From Candidatus Velthaea sp. (GTDB lineage Bacteria > Vulcanimicrobiota > Vulcanimicrobiia > Vulcanimicrobiales > Vulcanimicrobiaceae), in contig CBDCCS010000011.1 in NCBI GenBank assembly GCA_965214935.1, forward strand, positions 128,001 through 192,000: a stretch of DNA of 64,000 bases, given 5' to 3'. This document shows positions 56,175 through 64,000 of this stretch, one piece after another. The position numbers were made by a program, and so were the translations under genes. The notes below the pieces were generated by a model. It made no database searches, was not told the DNA's origin, and saw nothing but the letters and a program-made list of their open reading frames with translations. Position 1 is the stretch's first letter. Every line of letters begins with the position of its first letter.

Positions 56175-56888
56175 GCGGTCGCCCGCGACGAGTTGCGCGG
56201 CGTAAAAAAGACTCTCGAACTGCCCGGCGTCCGTCCACCAGCCGTCGAGCACGTCGTAGCGCAGATCGCCGGCATCGATGTAGGCGTTGTTGACATCGGT
56301 AATTTCAAGTTCGCCGCGCTCGGAACGCTTGAGGTTCCGGCAATAATCGAAGACTCGGCCGTCATACATATAGATGCCGGTGACGGCATAGTTACTCATC
56401 GGTACGACCGGCTTCTCGACGATGCGCACGATGCGGTCGCCCTCGATTTCCGGCACGCCGAATCGCTCGGGGTCGGCGACTTCTTTGAGCAAGATCCGCG
56501 CGCCGGAACCTTGTTGCCGAAAGCGTTCGACGAACGGCAGAATGTCGTCTTGGATGATGTTGTCGCCTAAAATAACGCAGACCGGCTGTTCGTCGGCGAA
56601 GTGCTCGCACAATCTGAGCGCGTCGGCGATCCCGCCTTCGCCTTCCTGATACGTGTAATAGATGTCTTTGAGTCCGAAGTCGCGGCCATTGCCCAGTAGG
56701 CGTAGAAAATCACCGGCCGAATTTCCGCCGGTGACGATCATAATATCTTTAATGCCGGCTTTGCATAGCGTTTCGAGTGGATAATAGATCATCGGCTTGT
56801 CGTAGATCGGCAGCAGATGCTTGTTCGTGATTTTTGTTAACGGCCGTAAGCGCGATCCGAGTCCGCCGGCGAGAATGATGCCCTTCAC
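56157..56888 (-). CDS. rfbA: Glucose-1-phosphate thymidylyltransferase (short form)
   Basis: MKGIILAGG.GSRL.PLT...NKHLLPIYDKPMIYYPL, LGDN, EKP, RGELEITD, W.DAG. Confidence 0.92.
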   Translation of the reverse strand: MKGIILAGGLGSRLRPLTKITNKHLLPIYDKPMIYYPLETLCKAGIKDIMIVTGGNSAGDFLRLLGNGRDFGLKDIYYTYQEGEGGIADALRLCEHFADEQPVCVILGDNIIQDDILPFVERFRQQGSGARILLKEVADPERFGVPEIEGDRIVRIVEKPVVPMSNYAVTGIYMYDGRVFDYCRNLKRSERGELEITDVNNAYIDAGDLRYDVLDGWWTDAGQFESLFYAAQLVAGDRLKLPH

Positions 56889-56914
56889 GAGACGTTGTCT
56901 TACGCGCCGAACCG

Positions 56915-57928
56915 TTAACGCCCCGCATATTGCCGCTCGTAATAACGCCGGTACTCAGCTGATTTTGTCGCTCGCCACCACGCCTCGTTCGCGCGATACC
57001 AGCTGACGGTGTCGGCCAGGCCTCGCGTGAAGTCCACCCGCGGCGACCAGCCTAAGTCGCGTGCTTTCGAGGCGTCGAGCGAGTAGCGCCCGTCGTGCCC
57101 CGGGCGGTCCGTGACGTGCCGCACGTGGGTCGCGAACGCCCGTCCCGTCTGGGCCAGCAATTGCTCGGTAATCTCATAGTTCGTACGCGAATTTCCGCCG
57201 CCCAGGTTGTAGATTTCACCGGGTGCGCCGTGCTCGAGAACGTGCCGGATACCTCGCGCGTGATCGTCGACGTGCAGCCAATCGCGGACCTGCCGGCCGT
57301 CGCCGTACATCGGCACCGTCTCATCGTCGAGCAGGTTGGTAACGAAGAGCGGAATGAGTTTCTCGGGGTATTGATACGGCCCGTACGTGTTGGAGCCGCG
57401 CGTGATGACGACCGGCGCGCCGTAGGTCGTTCGGTACGCAAGCACGAGCAGGTCACCGCCGGCTTTGGCTGCGGCGTACGGTGACCGCGGCGCAACCGGA
57501 TCGCTTTCGACGGATGAACCGCTATGGACATGACCGTACACTTCGTCGGTCGAAACTTGCAGATAGCGGCCGACATTGCCGGCGCGCATGGCCTCGAGCA
57601 GGACGTGCGTTCCGAGCACTCCGGTCTGTAGAAACGCCTCGGGTTCCAGAATCGAGCGGTCGACATGCGTTTCGGCCGCAAAATTAACGATTGCATCGAC
57701 GCCCGAACCGATCGCCGAGCGAACGGCGCCCGGATCGCAGATGCTGCCTTGCACGAAGGTGAAACGCGAATCGCCGCCGGCCGGCGCGAGGTTCGAGAGA
57801 TTCCCCGCGTAGGTCAAAGCGTCGAGCACCGTAAGACGTACATCGTTGCGCTCGCGTAAGGTTTGACGTACGAACGCCGAGCCGATAAAACCGGCACCGC
57901 CCGTTACTAGCCAATGTACAGAGGTCAT
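56915..57928 (-). CDS. rfbB: dTDP-glucose 4,6-dehydratase
   Basis: VTGGAGFIGS, DALTYAGN, FAAETHVDRSI, STDEVYG, PYAAAK, PEKLIP, RDWLHV.DH, DRPGHD.RY. Confidence 0.95.
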   Translation of the reverse strand: MTSVHWLVTGGAGFIGSAFVRQTLRERNDVRLTVLDALTYAGNLSNLAPAGGDSRFTFVQGSICDPGAVRSAIGSGVDAIVNFAAETHVDRSILEPEAFLQTGVLGTHVLLEAMRAGNVGRYLQVSTDEVYGHVHSGSSVESDPVAPRSPYAAAKAGGDLLVLAYRTTYGAPVVITRGSNTYGPYQYPEKLIPLFVTNLLDDETVPMYGDGRQVRDWLHVDDHARGIRHVLEHGAPGEIYNLGGGNSRTNYEITEQLLAQTGRAFATHVRHVTDRPGHDGRYSLDASKARDLGWSPRVDFTRGLADTVSWYRANEAWWRATKSAEYRRYYERQYAGR

Positions 57929-58005
57929 AGCGCGACATTCTTCGAGCGCCGCTCAGTCCCGTTCGGGCCGGGAACTCGGGCCGCGCGCTTTGCGTCAAGA
58001 CAGCG

Positions 58006-59262
58006 ATGAACACGGCGCTATTTCCGATTGCCGACCATCCCATCGCGACGCGCGACGAAGGTTTACGCCGGCTTGCAGCATTCGTGCCGCGTTCGGGCCG
58101 TGCGTACGCTGCCGAACGCAATCACGACCGCGGTCCCGACGAGCGCTCGAATGTATCGGTCCTTTCGCCGTACGTTCGGCACCGTGCAATTACCGAAACG
58201 GAAATTTTGCGCGCGGTGCTCGTGCGGTACTCACTTTCGAGTGCCGAAAAATTCGTCCAGGAAGTCTTCTGGCGGACGTATTGGAAGGGTTGGCTCGAGG
58301 CACACCCGGCCGCGTGGAGCCGCTACCGCCAAACGCTCGCCGAACGTTTCGCCGACTGCGAACGCGACGCACAACTGTCGGCGCGGTATGAAGCGGCGAT
58401 GGCCGGCCGCTCCGGTATCGACGCCTTCGATGCTTGGGCAACCGAGTTGCGCGAGCGAAACTACCTCCACAATCATGCCCGTATGTGGTTTGCAAGTATT
58501 TGGATTTTCACGCTCGGCTTACCGTGGGAACTCGGCGCCGATTTTTTCTTTCGCCATCTGCTCGACGGCGATCCGGCATCGAACACGCTATCGTGGCGCT
58601 GGGTCGCGGGGTTGCAAACACGCGGTAAAGCATACACCGCGACGCGTGACAATATCGCACACTACACCGGCGCACGTTTCGCAGCCGAACCACCGCTGGC
58701 GCGCGCGATCACGCCGCTCGATGATGCGCCGCTCGCGCTCGTGCCGCTACCCGTCGTATCGTCCGCCACGGAACTTGCCGTCGAACCGAGTTTGCTGGTG
58801 CTGCATGAAGACGATCTGCACGGCGATCTGACCGAGTTGCCGTCGGCCGCGACGACGAGCGGCGTCTGCGCCCTGCGTGCTTCGCACCGCCGTTCGGCAC
58901 GTGACGTCAGCCCGGCGGTTTCGGCGTTTAGCGACGCGCTTGCCGCGCAAGCGGTAACGCGTGTTGCCGTCGAACTCGATGCGCCGGATCTCGGCGTCTT
59001 GCCGGCCGGCGCCGGCGAACTGCAAGCCGTGCGTGCCGCCGCGCTGAGTTGCGGCGCGACACGTATCGTGACGCCGTTCGCACCGGTCGGCCCGGTACGC
59101 GAAACGCTCGACGAGATTCGCGCCGCCGCCGTCGTACCGCTGTACGCCGAATTCGGCCGGCGCTATGACGCCGTTGCTTGGCCCGCCGCCACCCGCGGTT
59201 TTTTTGCCTTGCGTACGCGTATAGCCGGCATACTTGACGAGCTTGGAATTGCCGCGGGTTGA
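58006..59262 (+). CDS. Photolyase with N-terminal FAD domain (NewPHL / inverted-topology class)
   Basis: Begins with the helical domain (Y..ERN.D, VS.LSPY, KFVQEV.WR.YWKGWLE, YLHNHARMWFASIW, LLDGDPASN.LSWRW), followed by a C-terminal alpha/beta domain (LLVLHEDDL). Confidence 0.85.
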   Translation: MNTALFPIADHPIATRDEGLRRLAAFVPRSGRAYAAERNHDRGPDERSNVSVLSPYVRHRAITETEILRAVLVRYSLSSAEKFVQEVFWRTYWKGWLEAHPAAWSRYRQTLAERFADCERDAQLSARYEAAMAGRSGIDAFDAWATELRERNYLHNHARMWFASIWIFTLGLPWELGADFFFRHLLDGDPASNTLSWRWVAGLQTRGKAYTATRDNIAHYTGARFAAEPPLARAITPLDDAPLALVPLPVVSSATELAVEPSLLVLHEDDLHGDLTELPSAATTSGVCALRASHRRSARDVSPAVSAFSDALAAQAVTRVAVELDAPDLGVLPAGAGELQAVRAAALSCGATRIVTPFAPVGPVRETLDEIRAAAVVPLYAEFGRRYDAVAWPAATRGFFALRTRIAGILDELGIAAG

Positions 59263-60047
59263 CATTGCGGGCACATGTATACGGTCCGGCCGGCAAGCGG
59301 CGCACGAACGATCGGCGTGCCGCACAGCAAACATGGCCGGCCGGTCCGATGGTAGACATAGTAGCGTTCCCCGCGCCGCACGGCGCCGTGCGGATGCGGT
59401 CGATCGGCGGGGTCGGTCGTGATGATGCGACCGGTGCGTTCACCTTCACGTAGAAGGACGCGTGCATCGCGCCAAACTGCAAGCAACTGCGTGCGGGTTA
59501 GCGCTCGGCCCGGTGTAAGCGGCGCGATGCGTGCACGAAACGCAAGTTCCGCGCGATAGACGTTGCCGATGCCGCCGATGACCGACTGATCCATCAGCAA
59601 CGCACCGAACGCCATACTGCTGCGCTGTATTCGCGCGATGACTCGAGCCGGACGAGCGTCGGTCCGCAGCGGGTCAGGTCCGATGCGCGCCAGCAGTGCC
59701 CGGCGTGCGGCGGCATCGATAATTTCACAGGCCGTCGGACCGCTCAGCGCCATCCAGCCGCCGGCGTGCATGAGTCGCAAACGCACCGCTCCGCGCGGTA
59801 CGGGCGGCGCTCCGGTGCCCAGCCGGAAACGGCCGAACAAGCCGAGATGAACGTGCAGCCAACCCGCTCCGTCAAAGCGATACAGAAGATGTTTACCATA
59901 GGCTTCGATTCGGTCGAGCATCAAACCGTCGAGCTGCGCGGCGCCCGCGATAAAGCGTCCCTGCGGTGAATCAGCTTGCAACATGTGGCCGGCAAGTAAT
60001 TCTGCTTGCATCCGCGCAGCGCGATGGATCGTATGTCCTTCAGGCAC
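59163..60047 (-). CDS. nei: Fpg/Nei-family DNA glycosylase
   Basis: N-terminal PEGH, GKHL, HLGL.G, LMDQS..GGIGNVYRAE, C..CG...C..CQ zinc finger. Confidence 0.9.
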   Translation of the reverse strand: MPEGHTIHRAARMQAELLAGHMLQADSPQGRFIAGAAQLDGLMLDRIEAYGKHLLYRFDGAGWLHVHLGLFGRFRLGTGAPPVPRGAVRLRLMHAGGWMALSGPTACEIIDAAARRALLARIGPDPLRTDARPARVIARIQRSSMAFGALLMDQSVIGGIGNVYRAELAFRARIAPLTPGRALTRTQLLAVWRDARVLLREGERTGRIITTDPADRPHPHGAVRRGERYYVYHRTGRPCLLCGTPIVRAPLAGRTVYMCPQCQPAAIPSSSSMPAIRVRKAKKPRVAAGQATAS

Positions 60048-60105
60048 GCTCGATCAGACGCATACGAAGCGTCGCCCGGTTCCAGCGCGCGCGGCGCAAC
60101 AGCGG

Positions 60106-60240
60106 ATGAAAACGGTGAAAAAGGCCGACCTGCCGCAGAAGCGGTGCGTACGCTGCGGCCGGCCGTTCAACTGGCGCAAAAAATGGGCGAAGGTTTGGCT
60201 CGAGGTTAAATACTGCAGCGAACGCTGCCGTCGCGGCTAA
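60106..60240 (+). CDS. DUF2256 small Cys-rich protein
   Basis: LP.K.C..CGRPF.WRKKW...W.EVKYCS.RCR. Confidence 0.85.
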   Translation: MKTVKKADLPQKRCVRCGRPFNWRKKWAKVWLEVKYCSERCRRG

Positions 60241-61067
60241 AGAACGGGCGCTGCAGGTAGCGCGGCGGTCGAGCTTAAGATCAAGCGTGCTGTTTGGATC
60301 GGTACGTCCCAATGGGGAAAATGCCCGCAGCCCTCAAACCAAACAAGTCGGGCGGTGGGAAACAGCGCTTGCGCTCGTTTGGCCTGATCGGGAAAACACA
60401 CGCGATCTTGCCGGCCCCAGACAATCGTGATCGGATTAGCCGGCGTTTCCCCGGCCATGCCGAGTTGCGGCGGCCCGTCGACGAGTTGATCGAGCAAGGC
60501 ATCGAACGACGGCGCCGCGGCAAAGGTCCGCATCTCCGTCAAGGTCGCCGTCGGCGAGAGTTTCCACGGCTTGGCTGAGAACTGCGCGAACAGCAGTGTC
60601 CGGCCGAGTCGCGACCGGGTCAAGAGCGGCATCACCGGTTGCAGCAAGCGAACGAGTCGGACGGACGCGCGAATCGATGCTGCAAAAAATTCCTTTTGCC
60701 AGCCCTTCCAAAAACCGCCCGGGTCGAGCGAAACGACGGCACCGACGACTCCGCGGCGAGCCAGTTCGAGAACGAGGCGCGCGCCCATCGAACTGCCGAC
60801 GACATCGACTCCGAGCAGCTCGTGATCGCGGAGAAAGGCCGTCACCGCGTCGGCCAGCGATCCGATCGAGACGAGCCCCGGCAGCGGCGCAGTTTCACCG
60901 AAGCCCGGCAAGTCGACGGCGATCACGTCGCGCTCGGCGCTAAGCGCATCGAGCACGAGCGACCACGACTTCCAGCTGCCGCCCAGGCCATGCAAAAGCA
61001 GCAGCGGTTTGCCGGTCCCCATCCGCACGTAATGCATCGGCGGCGTGGTCGACTCGCTTGTCTGCAT
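60237..61067 (-). CDS. Alpha/beta hydrolase
   Basis: LLLLHG.GG, DLPGFG, G.SMG nucleophile elbow, WG.QD, GHFPHWD. Confidence 0.9.
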   Translation of the reverse strand: MQTSESTTPPMHYVRMGTGKPLLLLHGLGGSWKSWSLVLDALSAERDVIAVDLPGFGETAPLPGLVSIGSLADAVTAFLRDHELLGVDVVGSSMGARLVLELARRGVVGAVVSLDPGGFWKGWQKEFFAASIRASVRLVRLLQPVMPLLTRSRLGRTLLFAQFSAKPWKLSPTATLTEMRTFAAAPSFDALLDQLVDGPPQLGMAGETPANPITIVWGRQDRVCFPDQAKRAQALFPTARLVWFEGCGHFPHWDVPIQTARLILSSTAALPAAPVL

Positions 61068-61131
61068 TATGAATCCTTACCCGGAGATACGGCGGATTAC
61101 CCGTTGCCGTTCGTGCAGCGAGCCGGGTGTG

Positions 61132-61140
61132 TGCTATAAT
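61132..61140 (+). promoter_or_regulatory. Extended -10 promoter of rpsB
   Basis: TGcTATAAT. Confidence 0.75.
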
Positions 61141-61147
61141 CGAGCGG

Positions 61148-61241
61148 TTGTCACATCCCGCCGCCCCGGAGCGGGCGGCGTTATGGCTCCGAATGCAAGC
61201 CGCCAGGGACGGTCGGCTTGCGGAGTTCAGAAAGGTTTCGC
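61148..61241 (+). ncRNA. rpsB leader (S2 autoregulatory, t44-like) with hairpins and a possible pseudoknot
   Basis: Stem CGCCGCCC/GGGCGGCG whose loop CGGAGC complements GCTCCG downstream, plus a second stem GCAAGCCG/CGGCTTGC. Confidence 0.6.
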
Positions 61242-62006
61242 ATGTCAGTTATTTCCATGCGCGCTCTGCTCGAAGCCGGCGTTCATTTCGGCCATCAGAC
61301 ACGGCGCTGGAACCCCAAGATGAAGCCGTACATTTTTCAAGAGCGTAACGGCATCTACATCATCGATTTAGCCAAAACGGTCGTTAAGCTCAACGAAGTG
61401 TATCAGACCGTGCGCCAGCTGTCGCGTGACGGCCGGGTCATTTTGTTCGTCGGCACCAAAAAGCAAGCCCAGGACGTGGTTAAAGAAGAGGCCGAACGTG
61501 CAGGCACGTATTTCGTCAATCAGCGTTGGCTGGGCGGGACGCTAACCAACTTCTCAACGATTCAAAAGCGCATCGCGCGGCTGCGCGAACTCGAAGGAAT
61601 GAAGCAGCAAGGCACCTTCGATCTGCTGCCCAAAAAAGAAGTCTCGCGGCTTTCCGACGAGCTCGATAAGCTCGAGCGTTTTCTCGGCGGAATCAAAGAC
61701 ATGCATCGGCTGCCCGATGCGATCTTCATCGTCGATCCGAAGAAAGAACGCATCGCCGTTCTCGAAGCGCGCAAATTGAAAATCCCGATCATTGCCGTCG
61801 TCGATACGAACTGCGATCCGGATGAGATCGATTACCTCATCCCCGGTAACGACGACGCGATCCGCGCGGTGAAATTGATGGTCGGCAAAATTGCCGATGC
61901 CATCATCGAAGGCCGCACCGAAACCGAGTCGGCGTACGATGCCCAAGATTACGACGAGCAGTACGCCGAGACGGCAGAAGCCGAGCAGCCGGCAGCGGTC
62001 GCCTAA
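61242..62006 (+). CDS. rpsB: 30S ribosomal protein S2
   Basis: [51 protein letters not shown]. Confidence 0.99.
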   Translation: MSVISMRALLEAGVHFGHQTRRWNPKMKPYIFQERNGIYIIDLAKTVVKLNEVYQTVRQLSRDGRVILFVGTKKQAQDVVKEEAERAGTYFVNQRWLGGTLTNFSTIQKRIARLRELEGMKQQGTFDLLPKKEVSRLSDELDKLERFLGGIKDMHRLPDAIFIVDPKKERIAVLEARKLKIPIIAVVDTNCDPDEIDYLIPGNDDAIRAVKLMVGKIADAIIEGRTETESAYDAQDYDEQYAETAEAEQPAAVA

Positions 62007-62019
62007 CGTGAGTTCCGCG

Positions 62020-62619
62020 ATGACGTATAAGCCGACGGCCGATGAGGTGAAACGTTTGCGCGAAGCAAGCGGAGCCGGAATGATCGATTGCCGCAACGCG
62101 CTCGTTCATGCCGAAGGCGACTTCGACAAAGCCAAAACTCGGCTGCTCGAACAGGGTCAAGCCAAGGCCGAGAAAAAAGCCGAGCGTGCGGCACACGAAG
62201 GCATCGTCGGCTCGTACATTCATGCCGGCGGTAAGATCGGCGTTCTCGTCGAGATCAATTGCGAGACCGACTTCGTTGCGCGCAACGAGAAGTTTCAAAC
62301 GCTCGTGCGCGATGTTGCGATGCATGTCGCCGCCATGTCGCCGAAATTTCTCGACCGCGAATCGGTGCCGCAAAGCACGATCGATGAGGTCAAGCAAACG
62401 TTGGCCGAACAAGTGCCGCCCGGCAAGCCGCCCAACATCGTCGAAGCTATCATCAACGGCAAGCTCAGCAAATGGTATGAAGACAACACGCTCGTCGACC
62501 AGCACTTCGTCAAAGACGATAGCATGACGATCGGCGAGCTCGTTTCGGGCGTTTCGGCCGTTCTCGGCGAACGGATCGCCGTGCGCCGCTTCATCAAGTT
62601 CGCATTGGGCGAGGGTTAA
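62020..62619 (+). CDS. tsf: Elongation factor Ts (short form)
   Basis: [29 protein letters not shown]. Confidence 0.97.
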   Translation: MTYKPTADEVKRLREASGAGMIDCRNALVHAEGDFDKAKTRLLEQGQAKAEKKAERAAHEGIVGSYIHAGGKIGVLVEINCETDFVARNEKFQTLVRDVAMHVAAMSPKFLDRESVPQSTIDEVKQTLAEQVPPGKPPNIVEAIINGKLSKWYEDNTLVDQHFVKDDSMTIGELVSGVSAVLGERIAVRRFIKFALGEG

Positions 62620-62644
62620 GCAGAGAGTCGACCAAGAACGCCTT

Positions 62645-63367
62645 ATGCCCGATCCGCATTACCGGCGAATACTTCTGAAGCTTTCGGGCGAAGCGTTTGC
62701 CGGAGCGGGCGGGCAAGTCGACGTTGATACCACGGCGCTGATGGCCGAGCAAATCGCGCACATCCACGCCGACGGCGTATCGACGGCCGTCGTCGTCGGC
62801 GGTGGTAATATCTGGCGCGGGAAACCGCATGAAGCCGCCGGGATGGAACGCGCGACCGCCGATTACATGGGGATGCTCGCGACGGTCATTAACGCGCTTG
62901 CGCTGCAAGCTTCGCTCGAACGTATCGACGTGCCGTCACGCGTGCAGACGGCAATCGAGATGCATCAAATCGCCGAGCCGTACATTCGGCGGCGGGCGAT
63001 CCGGCATCTCGACAAAGGGCGCATCGTGATCTTCGGCGCGGGCACCGGCAATCCGTATTTCACTACCGATACGACTGCGGCGTTGCGCGCGGTCGAGATC
63101 GGTGCCCAAGCGATTTTCAAGGCGACCAAGGTCGACGGCGTTTATTCGGCCGATCCGAATACGGATCCGACCGCGACGCGCTTCAAGCAGATCGATTACT
63201 TGCGTGCGCTGCAGTTAGGCTTGCAGATCATGGACAGCACGGCGCTCACGTTGTGCATGGATAACAACGTGCCGATCATCGTCTTCGATATGAACGTCCC
63301 GGGGAATATCCGGCGCGCCGTCATGGGCGAAGACATCGGCACGCTCGTCGGCGCGCCGCGCCGATAG
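62645..63367 (+). CDS. pyrH: UMP kinase
   Basis: [40 protein letters not shown]. Confidence 0.98.
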   Translation: MPDPHYRRILLKLSGEAFAGAGGQVDVDTTALMAEQIAHIHADGVSTAVVVGGGNIWRGKPHEAAGMERATADYMGMLATVINALALQASLERIDVPSRVQTAIEMHQIAEPYIRRRAIRHLDKGRIVIFGAGTGNPYFTTDTTAALRAVEIGAQAIFKATKVDGVYSADPNTDPTATRFKQIDYLRALQLGLQIMDSTALTLCMDNNVPIIVFDMNVPGNIRRAVMGEDIGTLVGAPRR

Positions 63368-63424
63368 CGCCGAACCGGCGACATTGCCGGCCACGGAGCT
63401 CGGCTGTCAACAACGGAGACGAAC

Positions 63425-63997
63425 ATGGCTGAAATACTCACGCTCGACGGTCTGTATAAAGATACCGACGGGCGCATGACCAAAGCGATCGAATCGACCC
63501 GTAGCGAGTTTGCTTCGATCCGCACCGGTCGCGCGTCGCCGTCGCTGCTGGACCGTCTGCACGTCGAGGCCTATGGCGCGTCGGTGCCGCTCAAGCAAGT
63601 CGCCAGCGTGTCGTCGCCCGACGGCCGTTCGTTGCAAGTTTCCGCATTCGATAAGAGTGTCGTCGGCGCGATCCGCAAAGCGATTGAAACCAGCGACCTC
63701 GGACTCAATCCGAACATCGACGGACAGACGATCCGCTTGTCGATCCCGCCGCTCACCGAAGACCGGCGCAAAGATCTCGTCAAAGTCGTGCGCAAGAAAG
63801 GCGAGGATGGAAAAGTTGCCATCCGCAATATCCGTCATCGCGCAACCGATGAGGTGAAAGCGCTGGTGAAAGGCGGGACGATCACGGAAGACGAGGTCAA
63901 GCGGGCCGGCGATCACGTGCAGAAATTAACCGATCGCTTTATCAAGCAGATCGACGAACTCGTCGGTTACAAAGAGAAAGAAATCATGGAGGTGTGA
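63425..63997 (+). CDS. frr: Ribosome recycling factor
   Basis: IRTGRA.P.LLD, YG..PL.QVA, LGLNP, PPLTEDRRK, AIRNIR. Confidence 0.98.
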   Translation: MAEILTLDGLYKDTDGRMTKAIESTRSEFASIRTGRASPSLLDRLHVEAYGASVPLKQVASVSSPDGRSLQVSAFDKSVVGAIRKAIETSDLGLNPNIDGQTIRLSIPPLTEDRRKDLVKVVRKKGEDGKVAIRNIRHRATDEVKALVKGGTITEDEVKRAGDHVQKLTDRFIKQIDELVGYKEKEIMEV

Positions 63998-64000
63998 TGC

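Noticed and set aside
62020..62619. Truncated EF-Ts
   Set aside because: The ~200 aa form is a known normal type (e.g. Thermus, cyanobacteria).
1..64000. CRISPR arrays, tRNA/rRNA, IS elements, prophage or defence systems
   Set aside because: No regularly spaced repeats, cloverleaf or rRNA signatures, transposase, integrase or phage genes were seen by eye.

Overview
A GC-rich bacterial chromosome window with no CRISPR, tRNA, rRNA, IS or prophage signal. The gene order is Firmicutes-like (flgM-flgN-flgK-flgL-fliW-csrA-flagellin-fliD-fliS-fliT), yet L/P-ring genes and an MsbA-like transporter are present. This points to a diderm Terrabacteria lineage, possibly Eremiobacterota/Vulcanimicrobiota (inference only). 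Layout: (1) 1-3.7 kb: an atypical photolyase-family gene, small genes and an MsbA-like ABC transporter. (2) 3.7-23.7 kb: a flagellar cluster with an inserted Ser/Thr kinase, two tandem flagellins and several sigma28-like promoters. (3) 24.7-47.5 kb: a probable flagellin/surface glycosylation island with many glycosyltransferases and a minus-strand operon (HddA-like kinase, TPP E1-like alpha/beta, ColD-type dehydratase, SDR, Fcl/ColC, GmhB, methyltransferases, B12 radical SAM) predicted to make a branched deoxy sugar. (4) 47.5-50.1 kb: an ExeA-like ATPase and a DUF11-like protein. (5) 50.4-56.2 kb: the most novel-looking locus: TPR/ATP-grasp protein, PLP decarboxylase, cysteate synthase, eukaryote-like cysteine dioxygenase and a methyltransferase. 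It reads as a candidate taurine/hypotaurine synthesis-and-ligation system, with a sigma28-like motif upstream. (6) rfbB-rfbA, an inverted-topology photolyase, Nei, DUF2256, a hydrolase, then rpsB-tsf-pyrH-frr. All assignments come from by-eye motif recognition; no searches were run.
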